The notes: generated by a model not told the origin, from the letters alone. 64,000 nucleotides of DNA from Verrucomicrobiia bacterium (GCA_030038175.1 JASHPN010000162.1:2111-66110); one strand, 5' to 3'; numbered from the stretch's first letter, positions 9,286 through 18,444 are shown. Translations and numbers: made by a program.

Positions 9286-12219
9286 ATGTCTGAAATCCCC
9301 AAAGCCTACGAACCGCGGTCCGTTGAGGACAAATGGTATCAATTCTGGCTGGACGAAAAATTTTTCGTCGCCAATCCGAAATCGCCCAAGCCGGCATATT
9401 CCATCGTGATTCCGCCGCCCAACGTCACCGGCGTGTTGACAATGGGCCACGTGCTCAATAATACCATCCAGGACATCCTGAGTCGCAAAGCGCGCATGGA
9501 TGGAAAGGAGGTCCTTTGGCTGCCCGGCACCGACCACGCGGGGATTGCGACCCAGACGGTCGTGGAGCGGACGCTGAAAAAATCCGGCGAAATCAAGCAT
9601 CGCGACGATCTGGGCCGCGAGAAATTTCTCGAACGCGTCTGGCAATGGAAGGAAAAGCACGGCGGCATTATCATCCAGCAATTGAAAAAACTCGGCGCCT
9701 CGTGCGATTGGTCGCGGGAACGGTTCACGATGGACCCGGAGTACTCCAGGTGCGTCCAAAAAGTCTTCGTGGAGCTTTACGGGAAAGGGCTCATCTATCG
9801 CGACAAACGCATGGTGAACTGGTGCCCCGTCTCACTCACGGCGTTGTCCGATGAAGAAGTCATTATGAAAGAGCAGAAGGGAGCGCTCTATTACTTCAAG
9901 GTGGAAGTTGAAATGGGGAGCGCACCCGCCCCGGGTGCGGTCGAACGCGCCTTGCGTTCAATGTCCTCCGATGAAAAGGTTTTCCTCACCATCGCTACGA
10001 CCCGTCCTGAGACCATTCCGGGCGATACCGCCGTGGCCGTGAATCCCAAAGACCCGCGCTACGCGAAATACATTGGCAAACATGTCGTCCGGCCTTTGCC
10101 GGCGGAATTGCCGCGGGAACAAAAGCTCATTCCCATTATCGGTGACGAGCGCGTGGATTTTGAATTTGGCACCGGCGTTCTCAAAGTCACGCCCGCGCAT
10201 GACAAGGCCGACTTTGAAATTGGCTTGCGCCACAAACTGCCACAGATAGACATCATGCGTCCCAACGGCCACATGAACGAGTTGGCCGGAAAGGATTTGA
10301 ACGGCCTGGATCGGTTCAAGGCGCGCAAGGTCGCCGCCGAAAAACTGGCTGAACTGGGTTTGCTCGAAAAAGAAGAGTCTTATACGAACAACGTCGGTTT
10401 CAGCGAACGCGCGGACGTCCCCATCGAACCGCGATTGAGCGAGCAATGGTTCCTCAAATATCCGAGCGCGGAAAAAGCTCGCAACTGTGTCGAGCAGGGG
10501 AGCGCAGCCGCCTTAGCTGCGTCGGTCGGCGCCTCGCCGACCGAAAAAGTCGAAGCCGGGGCGGCTTCGACCGCACGCGAGACGCGTGCGCTCCCCAAAA
10601 TGAAATTCCATCCCGGTCGCTGGGCAAAAGTGTATGACCATTGGATGGGCGGTTTGCTGGATTGGTGCATCAGCCGCCAGCTTTGGTGGGGACATCGGAT
10701 TCCGGTGTGGTATCGGGCAAGTGAAGTCTATTGCGGTCTGGAAGCACCGGCTGGTCAAGGCTGGCAGCAGGACCCCGACGTTTTGGACACCTGGTTCAGT
10801 TCCTGGCTCTGGCCGTTTGCGACGATGGGGTGGCCGGAACAGACCGAGACATTGAAGAAATTTTATCCGACCACCGACCTCGTCACCGGGCCGGACATTA
10901 TCTTCTTCTGGGTCGCGCGCATGATCATGGCCGGTTACGAGTTCATGCACGAGATGCCGTTCAAGAACGTCTATTTCACCGGCATCATTCGGGACAAGCA
11001 AGGGCGCAAGATGTCCAAGAGCCTGGGCAATTCGCCCGATCCGCTTGAATTGATATCGAAGTACGGCGCGGATGCCTTGCGTTTCGGCGTGATGCGCGCC
11101 GCGCCGCTCGGGCAGGATATTTTGTTCGATGAACAATACGTCGAACTGGGCCGAAATTTCTGCAATAAGCTTTGGAACGCCTGCCGTTTCCGGCAGGTAG
11201 TGGGACAGGCTTCCAGCCTGTCCGGCCCTTCCGGCGCAGAGGCAGGCAGGATGCCTGCCCCACTATACGAGGTTCAGGGCGAAATAGATCCAAAACTGTT
11301 AACGGCGGATGACAAATGGATTTTGCTCAAGCTGGATGCCGCTCTGCGTGAAATCGCCGCGGCCTTCGCCGAATACAAATTCAGCGACGCCACAACCACG
11401 CTCTACCGCTTCTTCTGGAGCGAGTATTGCGATTGGTATGTCGAAGCCAGCAAAGCCGTGTTGCAGGGGAGCGCAGCCGCCCCGGCTGATCCGGTCGGCG
11501 CCTCGCCGACCGAGAAAATCGAAGTCAAGGCGGCTTCGACCGCACGCAAGGCTAATACGATTGCCGTCATTGATTTTGTCTTGTCCCACACGCTGCGCCT
11601 ATTCCATCCGTTCCTGCCATTTATCACTGAAGAACTTTGGCATGGCATGGGTTACAGCGAGGATATGCCGGAAAATCAGGGCGGCAAAACCATCATGTTC
11701 GCCCCCTGTCCCAAACCGTTGGATGATGATTTCAAGTCCTTCTACGGTCTCAGCGAACGGGACGAAAAACTCATCGAAGCGCGCAATGAATTGATTGTTC
11801 AGGGCCGCGACCTGCGCCGCCAGGCCAACCTTCCGGCCAATAAAAAGGTCAAATTCATTTTCAAACCCGCCGGACACGCCGGCGACGCGGAAGTTTTGAA
11901 ACTGCTGCTCAACGCGGAATCAGTTGAGATCAATCCGAATTATCAACCGGCCAAAAGTGTCCTGGCCGTGCACCATGAACTGGGTGATCTATTTTTGCCG
12001 CTGGAAGGCCTGGTGGACGTGGAGGCCGAAAAGAGCCGACTCAAAAAAGAATTGGAAAAGATCGAGAGCGAAATTGCCAAGGTCGAACAAAAGCTGGCGA
12101 ACCCCAATTTTACCCAAAAAGTCCCTCCGGCCGTACTGGACGAGCACAAAAAACGCCTTGCCGACTGGCAATCGAAACGCGAGCATGTCCTGGCCGCGCT
12201 CGCCGCGCTCGGCTTATAG
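9286..12219 (+). CDS. valS: Valine--tRNA ligase
   Basis: PPPNVTGVLTMGHVLNNTIQD (HIGH-type motif), TTRPETIPGDTAVAVNP, DWCISRQLWWGHRIP, KMSKSLGNSPDP, and a C-terminal coiled coil. It carries extra repeat-derived segments (see findings). Confidence 0.95.
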   Translation: MSEIPKAYEPRSVEDKWYQFWLDEKFFVANPKSPKPAYSIVIPPPNVTGVLTMGHVLNNTIQDILSRKARMDGKEVLWLPGTDHAGIATQTVVERTLKKSGEIKHRDDLGREKFLERVWQWKEKHGGIIIQQLKKLGASCDWSRERFTMDPEYSRCVQKVFVELYGKGLIYRDKRMVNWCPVSLTALSDEEVIMKEQKGALYYFKVEVEMGSAPAPGAVERALRSMSSDEKVFLTIATTRPETIPGDTAVAVNPKDPRYAKYIGKHVVRPLPAELPREQKLIPIIGDERVDFEFGTGVLKVTPAHDKADFEIGLRHKLPQIDIMRPNGHMNELAGKDLNGLDRFKARKVAAEKLAELGLLEKEESYTNNVGFSERADVPIEPRLSEQWFLKYPSAEKARNCVEQGSAAALAASVGASPTEKVEAGAASTARETRALPKMKFHPGRWAKVYDHWMGGLLDWCISRQLWWGHRIPVWYRASEVYCGLEAPAGQGWQQDPDVLDTWFSSWLWPFATMGWPEQTETLKKFYPTTDLVTGPDIIFFWVARMIMAGYEFMHEMPFKNVYFTGIIRDKQGRKMSKSLGNSPDPLELISKYGADALRFGVMRAAPLGQDILFDEQYVELGRNFCNKLWNACRFRQVVGQASSLSGPSGAEAGRMPAPLYEVQGEIDPKLLTADDKWILLKLDAALREIAAAFAEYKFSDATTTLYRFFWSEYCDWYVEASKAVLQGSAAAPADPVGASPTEKIEVKAASTARKANTIAVIDFVLSHTLRLFHPFLPFITEELWHGMGYSEDMPENQGGKTIMFAPCPKPLDDDFKSFYGLSERDEKLIEARNELIVQGRDLRRQANLPANKKVKFIFKPAGHAGDAEVLKLLLNAESVEINPNYQPAKSVLAVHHELGDLFLPLEGLVDVEAEKSRLKKELEKIESEIAKVEQKLANPNFTQKVPPAVLDEHKKRLADWQSKREHVLAALAALGL
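9915..9939. repeat. Short palindromic repeat inside valS (family B head)
   Basis: Begins with ggggagcgca, the same 10-mer that heads the elements at 10497 and 11466. It is followed by the hairpin cgcacccg-ccc-cgggtgcg. Confidence 0.5.
10497..10596. repeat. 100-bp palindromic MITE/REP-like element inside valS (family B)
   Basis: Perfect 10-bp terminal inverted repeats: ggggagcgca (10497-10506) and tgcgctcccc (10587-10596). Internal hairpins tcggtcggcg/cgccgaccga and gtcgaagcc/ggcttcgac. Translated in frame as GSAAALAASVGASPTEKVEAGAASTARETRALP. Confidence 0.75.
11197..11268. repeat. 72-bp palindromic element inside valS (related to the 130-bp family C)
   Basis: gtagtggg...cccactat termini. 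Hairpins ggacaggct-tcc-agcctgtcc and ggcagg-at-gcctgcc. Core ggcgcagag is shared with the elements at 12222 and 62462. The element is 24 codons long and in frame (VVGQASSLSGPSGAEAGRMPAPLY). Confidence 0.65.
11466..11547. repeat. Second family B element inside valS (right end degenerate)
   Basis: ggggagcgcagccgcc...ggtcggcgcctcgccgaccga.aaaatcgaag...ggcggcttcgaccgcacgc aligns by eye almost base for base with 10497-10580. Translated as GSAAAPADPVGASPTEKIEVKAASTARK. Confidence 0.7.
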
Positions 12220-12221
12220 AT

Positions 12222-12351
12222 GGCAGGGACATCGCGCTACGATGTCCCCGCCGGCGCAGAGCGGGCGGAACAAACCCGGCGCCGGCACACTGTTCGGGCG
12301 GACGTTGCGCCGCTGAACGCGGCGCGGACGGCGTAGCGCGCCGTCCCTACC
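12222..12351. repeat. 130-bp palindromic intergenic element (family C) just after the valS stop
   Basis: ggcagggacatcgcgctacgatgtcccc ... gccggcgcagagcgg ... ggacggcgtagcgcgccgtccctacc. It has two terminal hairpins and g[ct]agggac/gtccctac termini. A same-length paralogue lies at 62462-62591. Confidence 0.75.
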
Positions 12352-12362
12352 TGGAAAAATGC

Positions 12363-13880
12363 ATGGACGTTACTCATAACATGATACTTTCAATCAGAAA
12401 ACTATATCTGGCAGCACTGGCCCTCATCGCTATTTGTGCCCTGCCATCCGTTCTTTCCGCACAAACACCGGAAAGCTCCCTTAATCTGGCCGCCCACATG
12501 GAGCTTTCCGGAAAATTCGTCGAAGCGTCCAACGTTCTGAACGGCGCCCTGGCTGAAAACTCTTCCGCGGACCAGCGCAAGCAAATCGAATTTGAACTGG
12601 ATCGCCTGAACCGCATCCGGCTGGATTATACATTCACGCGGGAAAAGTTGTTTGACGCCCTCAAACAATCCGTCCGTGGACTGACGATGACTGAATTTGA
12701 GCAATGGGTCAACGAAGGGCGTTTCGATTCCCGAACCATAGACGGCCGGCAATACTTCATGAATTCCAGCGTGTCGAATCTCTACTTTCGCTATCCGGAA
12801 TTAAATCCTCGCCGGATCGGTGGTCCGGATTACACGACCTTGGACAACGCCATTTTGGCGTCCTGCCGCGCCATCCGGCAAGCCGCCCGGCAGCAAGGCA
12901 CGCCCTATGTTTTACCGAAACGATTTAATATGACCATGACGGTCACGGCCGATGCCGATGCGGCGCCGGCCGGCCAAACCATTCGGGCCTGGCTGCCGAT
13001 TCCCCGCGCGTACCCATATCAAAAAGATTTCGAATTGATCAAAAGCACGCCGCCGGTGAAGGAAATTGCCCCGGCCGACAGTTCAATCCGTTCCGCCTAC
13101 TTTGAGGCGGCGGCCCAGGCCGGCCGACCGACGGTGTTTACGTTGAACTATCTTTATACGCGCTACGGCGTGTCGTTCACGATTGATCCCAGGCGGGTCA
13201 CGCCGTTTGACGGCAAAGACCCGGCCATCGCCAGGTTTACCCGCGAAGAGCCGAACGTGGTTTTCACGCCGCAAATGCGGGCTTTATCGAAGGAAATCGG
13301 CGGGGGCGAACGCAACCCGGCGCTGCTGGCGAGAAAGTTTTACGACTGGATTGGCGCTCACGTCCATTACAGTTTCGCGATCGAATATTCCACCATCCGG
13401 AACGTCGGCGACTACTGCCGCTCGCACGGCTACGGCGATTGCGGCCAGGAAGCGATGTTTTTCATTACGCTCTGCCGGCTGAATGGCATTCCCGCCCGAT
13501 GGCAATCCGGCTGGCACACGTTCCCCGGCATCATGGATATTCACGATTGGTCCGAAATTTATTTGGCGCCCTATGGCTGGGTGCCCGTGGACCCCTATAT
13601 GTGCGTGATGGCCACGCAGTACGCCCCAGTCCTCTCGCCCCAGGAACGCGACGAAGTCCGTGATTTCTATTTTGGCGGATTGGACCAATACCGCATGGCG
13701 GCCAACGATGATCATTCTCAGCTATTATCCCCTCGGAAGAACAGCTTTCGTTCCGACAACGTGGATTTTCAGCGCGCCGAACTGGAATGGGACGATCACA
13801 ACATCTATTTCAACCACTTTAGTTATCACATGGACGTGAAAGCATTGCCCGCCCGCGTCCTCGCAGCCGGGCAGCCATAG
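12363..13880 (+). CDS. Secreted transglutaminase-like cysteine protease superfamily protein
   Basis: Signal peptide LAALALIAICALPSVLSAQ. Cys-His-Asp core YGDCGQEAMFFITLCRLNGIPAR, DIHDWSEIY and GWVPVDP. Confidence 0.75.
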   Translation: MDVTHNMILSIRKLYLAALALIAICALPSVLSAQTPESSLNLAAHMELSGKFVEASNVLNGALAENSSADQRKQIEFELDRLNRIRLDYTFTREKLFDALKQSVRGLTMTEFEQWVNEGRFDSRTIDGRQYFMNSSVSNLYFRYPELNPRRIGGPDYTTLDNAILASCRAIRQAARQQGTPYVLPKRFNMTMTVTADADAAPAGQTIRAWLPIPRAYPYQKDFELIKSTPPVKEIAPADSSIRSAYFEAAAQAGRPTVFTLNYLYTRYGVSFTIDPRRVTPFDGKDPAIARFTREEPNVVFTPQMRALSKEIGGGERNPALLARKFYDWIGAHVHYSFAIEYSTIRNVGDYCRSHGYGDCGQEAMFFITLCRLNGIPARWQSGWHTFPGIMDIHDWSEIYLAPYGWVPVDPYMCVMATQYAPVLSPQERDEVRDFYFGGLDQYRMAANDDHSQLLSPRKNSFRSDNVDFQRAELEWDDHNIYFNHFSYHMDVKALPARVLAAGQP

Positions 13881-14378
13881 GCGCACACATTTGTTGTGCG
13901 TGGGTTTGGAAACAGGGAAACGAAACTTGAATCCGTTAAATCGTTGAAAAGTTAAATCGTCAAATGGGGCTCTGACATGTGCCCCTCAACTCTCACCTCT
14001 CAGCTACCCATATGCACATTTCTATTGGGTATAGGGTGTGAATGAAGTAAACGAAGATCTTTTTACGCGCTTTGAGTATTTTAAGTCACTTGCTTATAGG
14101 CAGTTGTGAGGTGCGGACGATCGGCGAAGGGGCGTGAACGAACTGTGGCTACTTTCTCGTGCGCAGCGGGGGCGCGAGCTTTGGGGCATGGGGCGGCATA
14201 CATTCTTTTGCCTGGTGCTCCACTTCAAAAATACGTGCGCGGATTTTTGAAATAGAGCACCCGGAAAATCGCCCCGCACGAATTAGAGGGTTGATTTGCG
14301 CCGCGAATTGTTGGTGACCGGCGAATAATTTGTTTATAGAGTCAATCGGCTGTGCTAAACCAAACGGGAACTCGACTC

Positions 14379-15773
14379 ATGGGATTGCCTCTCAAAGCAT
14401 GGGGCCTAATATTCCTCACTGTCGGATTAGCCGTGACCGGCTGCGCCAGAAAGCACGTTTCGCTCTGGCAATCCCTTTCGAATCCGGATGATATCCGGCA
14501 ATTGAAATCATTTGTCGCGGAAAAAACGGCGCAGGCGGATTCCGCCACGAACGAGCCATTTCCGGAATATGCTTCATTTTTTGCCGCGGCAAGCAATGGC
14601 GACTGGGCAGCCCTCAATTATATCTACCAGCAGCTAAGCAGCCAGGGCAGCGCTCATCCCTGGAGACACGGCACCCGATGGGAAATAATGAATGAAGCTT
14701 CAGGCGGCCTGGAGGCCTTTGGCAGGGGCGATGAAAAATATGTGCACCAGTTTGGAAACCAAATCATTGAGTCCATACCGCCCGGCAGCATTTATTTTGG
14801 CGGGACCGATCCGGGACGATTCATCGTTACCGCGATGCAAGAGTCGCAGGTCGAGGGCAAACCGTTTTTTACGCTCACGCAAAACCAGCTCGTGGATACG
14901 GGTTATCTTCAATATCTCACGCAAATGTATGGCGATCGTCTGTACATTCCGACCGACGAAGATTTACAAGACTGTTTCAATGGTTATTACGCCGATGTGC
15001 AGCGGCGGGAGCAAAACAATGAACTCAAGCCGGGTGAAGACATATCAGTGGACTCGAGCGGGCGCATGAGGGTCAGCGGCGCGGTTGCCGTCATGGGAGT
15101 AAACGCCCTGCTCGTCAAAGTCATTTGTGACCATAATACCAACCGAGACTGTTTCATCGAAGAGAGTTTTCCGCTGGACTGGATGTATCCGTACCTGGAG
15201 CCTCACGGCCTGATTTTCAAACTCAACCATGCGCCACTGGACAAATTGTCGGACGAAACGCTCCTGAAAGATCACAATTACTGGACGAAAACCATCACGC
15301 CCATGATCGGCGATTGGATGAAAAATGACACCTCCGTCGCGGACGTGGCCGCATTCGGCAAAAAGGTCTATCTGTACCATGACTTTAGCGGCTTTACCGG
15401 CGACACCAATTTTGTATTGAGCAGCTATTCGAACCAAAGCTTTTCCAAGTTGCGTGATGCCATCGCCATGCTTTATGCGTGGCGCGCAAAGAATTCCGAT
15501 GACACCGCGGAAAAAGACCGCATGAACAGGGAAGCGGACCTGGCTTTCCGACAGTCCCTGGCGATGTGTCCGGATTCACCCGAGACGGTCTTCAACTACG
15601 CGCAATTTCTTGCCGATCAGGACAATAGGGCAGATGCGCTCATCGTCGCGGAAACGGCGACAGCCTTTAATTCCAATCCGCAATTTGAAAGCCTGGTCAC
15701 CTCGTTGAAAGACTACGGCCCTACATGGAACCGACGAAACGAAAGCCAAAATCCCCTATTCATTGGCAAATAA
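14379..15773 (+). CDS. Hypothetical lipoprotein (C-terminal TPR-like helices)
   Basis: MGLPLKAWGLIFLTVGLAVTGC is a lipobox-type signal. I prefer the ATG at 14379 to the GTG at 14352. I recognise no catalytic motif. Confidence 0.55.
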   Translation: MGLPLKAWGLIFLTVGLAVTGCARKHVSLWQSLSNPDDIRQLKSFVAEKTAQADSATNEPFPEYASFFAAASNGDWAALNYIYQQLSSQGSAHPWRHGTRWEIMNEASGGLEAFGRGDEKYVHQFGNQIIESIPPGSIYFGGTDPGRFIVTAMQESQVEGKPFFTLTQNQLVDTGYLQYLTQMYGDRLYIPTDEDLQDCFNGYYADVQRREQNNELKPGEDISVDSSGRMRVSGAVAVMGVNALLVKVICDHNTNRDCFIEESFPLDWMYPYLEPHGLIFKLNHAPLDKLSDETLLKDHNYWTKTITPMIGDWMKNDTSVADVAAFGKKVYLYHDFSGFTGDTNFVLSSYSNQSFSKLRDAIAMLYAWRAKNSDDTAEKDRMNREADLAFRQSLAMCPDSPETVFNYAQFLADQDNRADALIVAETATAFNSNPQFESLVTSLKDYGPTWNRRNESQNPLFIGK

Positions 15774-16012
15774 AACAAAGTCGTCCCCGTCGGTGCCGTA
15801 GCTTTGCCTGCCCGACCACCCGCCGCGCCGAAGCTTCTGAGCGACGGCGGGCCTGCCTTCGCTCGGAAGCTACGGCCAAGCAGGCGCGCGCGGCTCGGTT
15901 GCATTACGCGTTCCTCTCACGCCGATACTTGACGCGACACGCAAAACGCAACACGAAAGAGGTCGTTACTCAGAACCGTTTCGATTACGACCACGGGGAC
16001 GAGGAGAACTTT

Positions 16013-16684
16013 TTACCAAAAACGCCAGGCATCGCCGCCGTGCCAGACAATATAGACGCCCAAAATAAAATTCGTGATCGCATGGGCGGTCATGGCATCG
16101 CCGAGACGATTTTTGCGGATGACCAGCCATTGATAGGCGGCGCCGCAGATAATGCCGGCGAGCCATTCGGCGTGCGAGCAGCCGAAGAGCGCAATCGTTA
16201 CAAAGAATGGCAGCGGCAAAAAGCGGTTAAAGGGCACGGCCAGGAAATTCTGGCTGGCGATGTAACGGTATAAAAACGACCGATAAAAAACTTCTTCAAG
16301 CGGCGGCACAACCAGCGTCATGCCCAAGATGTGAACGATATTGAAAAAATACGCGAGCGGGGAATGCGCCCCGAAGGTTTCCGCGGGATTTCCGGTTGAG
16401 CCCTGCTTGACGAATTTGTGGTAATACGGATCGATTCCCACCCAGATCGCAAAAATCGCGATACCGACGATTACCGCTTCCCAGGAAAAGGCCCAGCGCA
16501 TTTCTTCGACGCAGGGTCGCATTTCAAAAATGAGCCACGCGCCCACGATGGTTTTGGCGAAGTAAAACCAATAGGCGGAAGCGGGGCCAAGTTTGCCCTG
16601 GCCGTAAGTGAGGGCTACAAAAATAATGAAGGGCGCCACGCGGGCATACACCGGATTCTTGAAGAGTTTTGTCAGGGAACGCAT
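16013..16684 (-). CDS. CPBP-family (CAAX/Abi) intramembrane glutamic protease
   Basis: Polytopic protein with EEVFYRSFLYRY (EExxxR motif) and a C-terminal HAITNFILG (HxxxN/D) motif. The ATG at 16684 avoids overlap with the upstream gene. Confidence 0.75.
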   Translation of the reverse strand: MRSLTKLFKNPVYARVAPFIIFVALTYGQGKLGPASAYWFYFAKTIVGAWLIFEMRPCVEEMRWAFSWEAVIVGIAIFAIWVGIDPYYHKFVKQGSTGNPAETFGAHSPLAYFFNIVHILGMTLVVPPLEEVFYRSFLYRYIASQNFLAVPFNRFLPLPFFVTIALFGCSHAEWLAGIICGAAYQWLVIRKNRLGDAMTAHAITNFILGVYIVWHGGDAWRFW

Positions 16685-16688
16685 GGGA

Positions 16689-17210
16689 TTATTCGCCGAG
16701 GGCCAGGGTTTTCTCCGAGCCATCCGGCGCGATGAACGAGACTTTGTCTTGCGAAATCAACTTGACCTGAAAACCGCTCACGTTGTCGCCGATATAAACC
16801 GTTCGGCCGTTGACGATGGCCTGCGGCCTGTCCGAATTGTAAAAGATTCCCTGCACTTTAAGCGCGGGCGGAGGTGGCGCAACCACCGCGACGCTTTGAG
16901 TCGGAGCAAGCGCAGTCGCCGGAGCCGGTGGTTTGACGGCCACGGAAGCGGGAACCGGGATTTGAGCGGATGGCGCCGGGACGGCGGATGGGGTTGTTTG
17001 GGGCATCGGCTTGCGCGGAAGAAACGCCAGGCCAAGGAGAACAGACGCGCCGATGATGAGCGCGACGAGCAGGACTGAAAAGAGCCAATTCGCGCCGCCC
17101 TGCCCGTCAGATTGAGCGGACACGGGTGGTACGAGAGGCGGCGTCGGGGCCTGTTGCTGCGGTTGCTGGGATTGTTTGGCGCGTTTGAGCGCGTCATTGA
17201 TCAGGCTCAT
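16689..17210 (-). CDS. GspB/ExeB-like single-pass protein
   Basis: Starts MSLINDALKRAKQ, the characteristic GspB-type N-terminus. This is followed by a Pro/Gln-rich linker, the TM segment WLFSVLLVALIIGASVLLGLAFL and a small C-terminal domain. It lies immediately downstream of an ExeA-like ATPase. Confidence 0.6.
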   Translation of the reverse strand: MSLINDALKRAKQSQQPQQQAPTPPLVPPVSAQSDGQGGANWLFSVLLVALIIGASVLLGLAFLPRKPMPQTTPSAVPAPSAQIPVPASVAVKPPAPATALAPTQSVAVVAPPPPALKVQGIFYNSDRPQAIVNGRTVYIGDNVSGFQVKLISQDKVSFIAPDGSEKTLALGE

Positions 17211-17216
17211 GGGTGG

Positions 17217-18032
17217 TCAGGAATGAATGTCGCCCTCGAGTTCCCGGATTGCCCGCCCAACCATGCGGAAGCTGATGCGGGGAGATTGTTTCACAAATCC
17301 AGCCAGCAACGCTTTGTCGCAGACCGCGTTGATGAGGCGCGGCACGCCGTGGCTGTAACGGAAAATCCGCCAGACCGCCGCGGGAGTGAATTGGGGCTTG
17401 CCGTTGGCGCCCGCCAGTTCCAGGCGATGCCGGATATAGAGGCGCGTCTCAAGCCGGCTCAAGGCTTTGAGATGATAACGCACCGTGATGCGCTGCCGAA
17501 GCTGGCGCAGGCGAGGATTGTTGAGGCGCTCCCGCAATTCGGGCTGGCCGATCAGGACAATTTGAAGAAGCTTGCGGTCGTCGGTCTCGACATTTGAAAG
17601 CTGGCGGACTTGTTCCAGGAGGTCGTCCGAAAAATTTTGCGCCTCGTCAATGATGAGGACGGTGTCTTTGCCCTTTTCAACCTGGTGGATCAAGAAATCG
17701 TTGATTGAAGCCAGCGTCTCGAGCCGGTCCAGCCCTTTGACGCTGAGGCCAAACTCGGCGGCGATGGATTTGATCAGTTCATTCGCGTCCAGGACCGGCG
17801 TCAGGAGGAGGGCGGTGGAAAAATGCCCGTCGAGCTGTTCGAGCAGCGCGCGGCAGAGCGTGGTTTTGCCCGCGCCGACTTCGCCGGTGAGCTGGACAAA
17901 TCCTTTGCGCTCGCGAATGCCATAGAGGAGATGATTGATGGCCTCGCGATGCTTAACGCTGTGAAAGAGAAAACGCGGATTCGGCGTCAGATCAAACGGC
18001 GGCAGCGTCAATTCGTAGTACTTGAGGTACAC
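17217..18032 (-). CDS. ExeA/GspA-family AAA ATPase
   Basis: YYELTLPPFDLTPNPRFLF, Walker A GEVGAGKTTLCRALL, Walker B VLIIDEAQN. Confidence 0.8.
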   Translation of the reverse strand: MYLKYYELTLPPFDLTPNPRFLFHSVKHREAINHLLYGIRERKGFVQLTGEVGAGKTTLCRALLEQLDGHFSTALLLTPVLDANELIKSIAAEFGLSVKGLDRLETLASINDFLIHQVEKGKDTVLIIDEAQNFSDDLLEQVRQLSNVETDDRKLLQIVLIGQPELRERLNNPRLRQLRQRITVRYHLKALSRLETRLYIRHRLELAGANGKPQFTPAAVWRIFRYSHGVPRLINAVCDKALLAGFVKQSPRISFRMVGRAIRELEGDIHS

Positions 18033-18102
18033 GTGGCATTTATACGCAATTTAAATGCCAAGTTGCAAGGGGTTATCGAGGCGGCGAGAATGGAGAAGAG
18101 AC

Positions 18103-18230
18103 CTGCCTCCGCACGAGGCTACGGCAAGGCAGGCCTGCCTCCGCACGAGGCTACGGCAAGGCAAGCCTGCCTCCGCGCAAGGCTACGGCAAGGCACGCCT
18201 GCCTCCGCACAAGGCTACGGCAAGGCAGGG
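18103..18230. repeat. Tandem repeat of 4 x 32 bp; each unit can form a hairpin
   Basis: The unit ctgcctccgcacgaggctacggcaaggcaggc is repeated head to tail, with units starting at 18103, 18135, 18167 and 18199 and a few substitutions. cctgcct/aggcagg form a 7-bp stem in each unit. There are no spacers. Confidence 0.85.
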
Positions 18231-18444
18231 CCGCCTTCGTCTGACTTCAGCGCGGCAAGAGATGGAAGATGGCAAACGCGGAGTGTCGAAAGAACGGAAG
18301 GCGTGTTGCGTGGTGCGTGCTGCGTCAAGTAATGGGACGGAGAGGATAGGCGGAGGTTAGAATCCGCGAGTTTGTTAATTAACGCCAAGGCCCAAAGAAA
18401 CGGAAGGCGCGAAAACCCGGAATTTCTCCTTTTGCAGCTTTGTG

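Noticed and set aside
13881-14351. 470-bp gene-free, more AT-rich spacer with a short duplicated gttaaatcgt motif, considered as a possible ncRNA or mobile remnant.
   Set aside because: I could not recognise a structured RNA family, tRNA cloverleaf or element termini by eye. It needs a covariance-model scan.
15725-16273. 182-aa plus-strand ORF.
   Set aside because: The first half is a repeat region (about 15780-15905, ...ccgaagcttctgagcgacggcgggcctgccttcgctcggaagctacggcc...). The second half is antisense to the CPBP protease gene.
18103-18230. The regular 32-bp repeats looked CRISPR-like at first glance.
   Set aside because: The units are directly adjacent with no unique spacers. There are only four copies and no cas genes nearby, so this is a plain tandem repeat.
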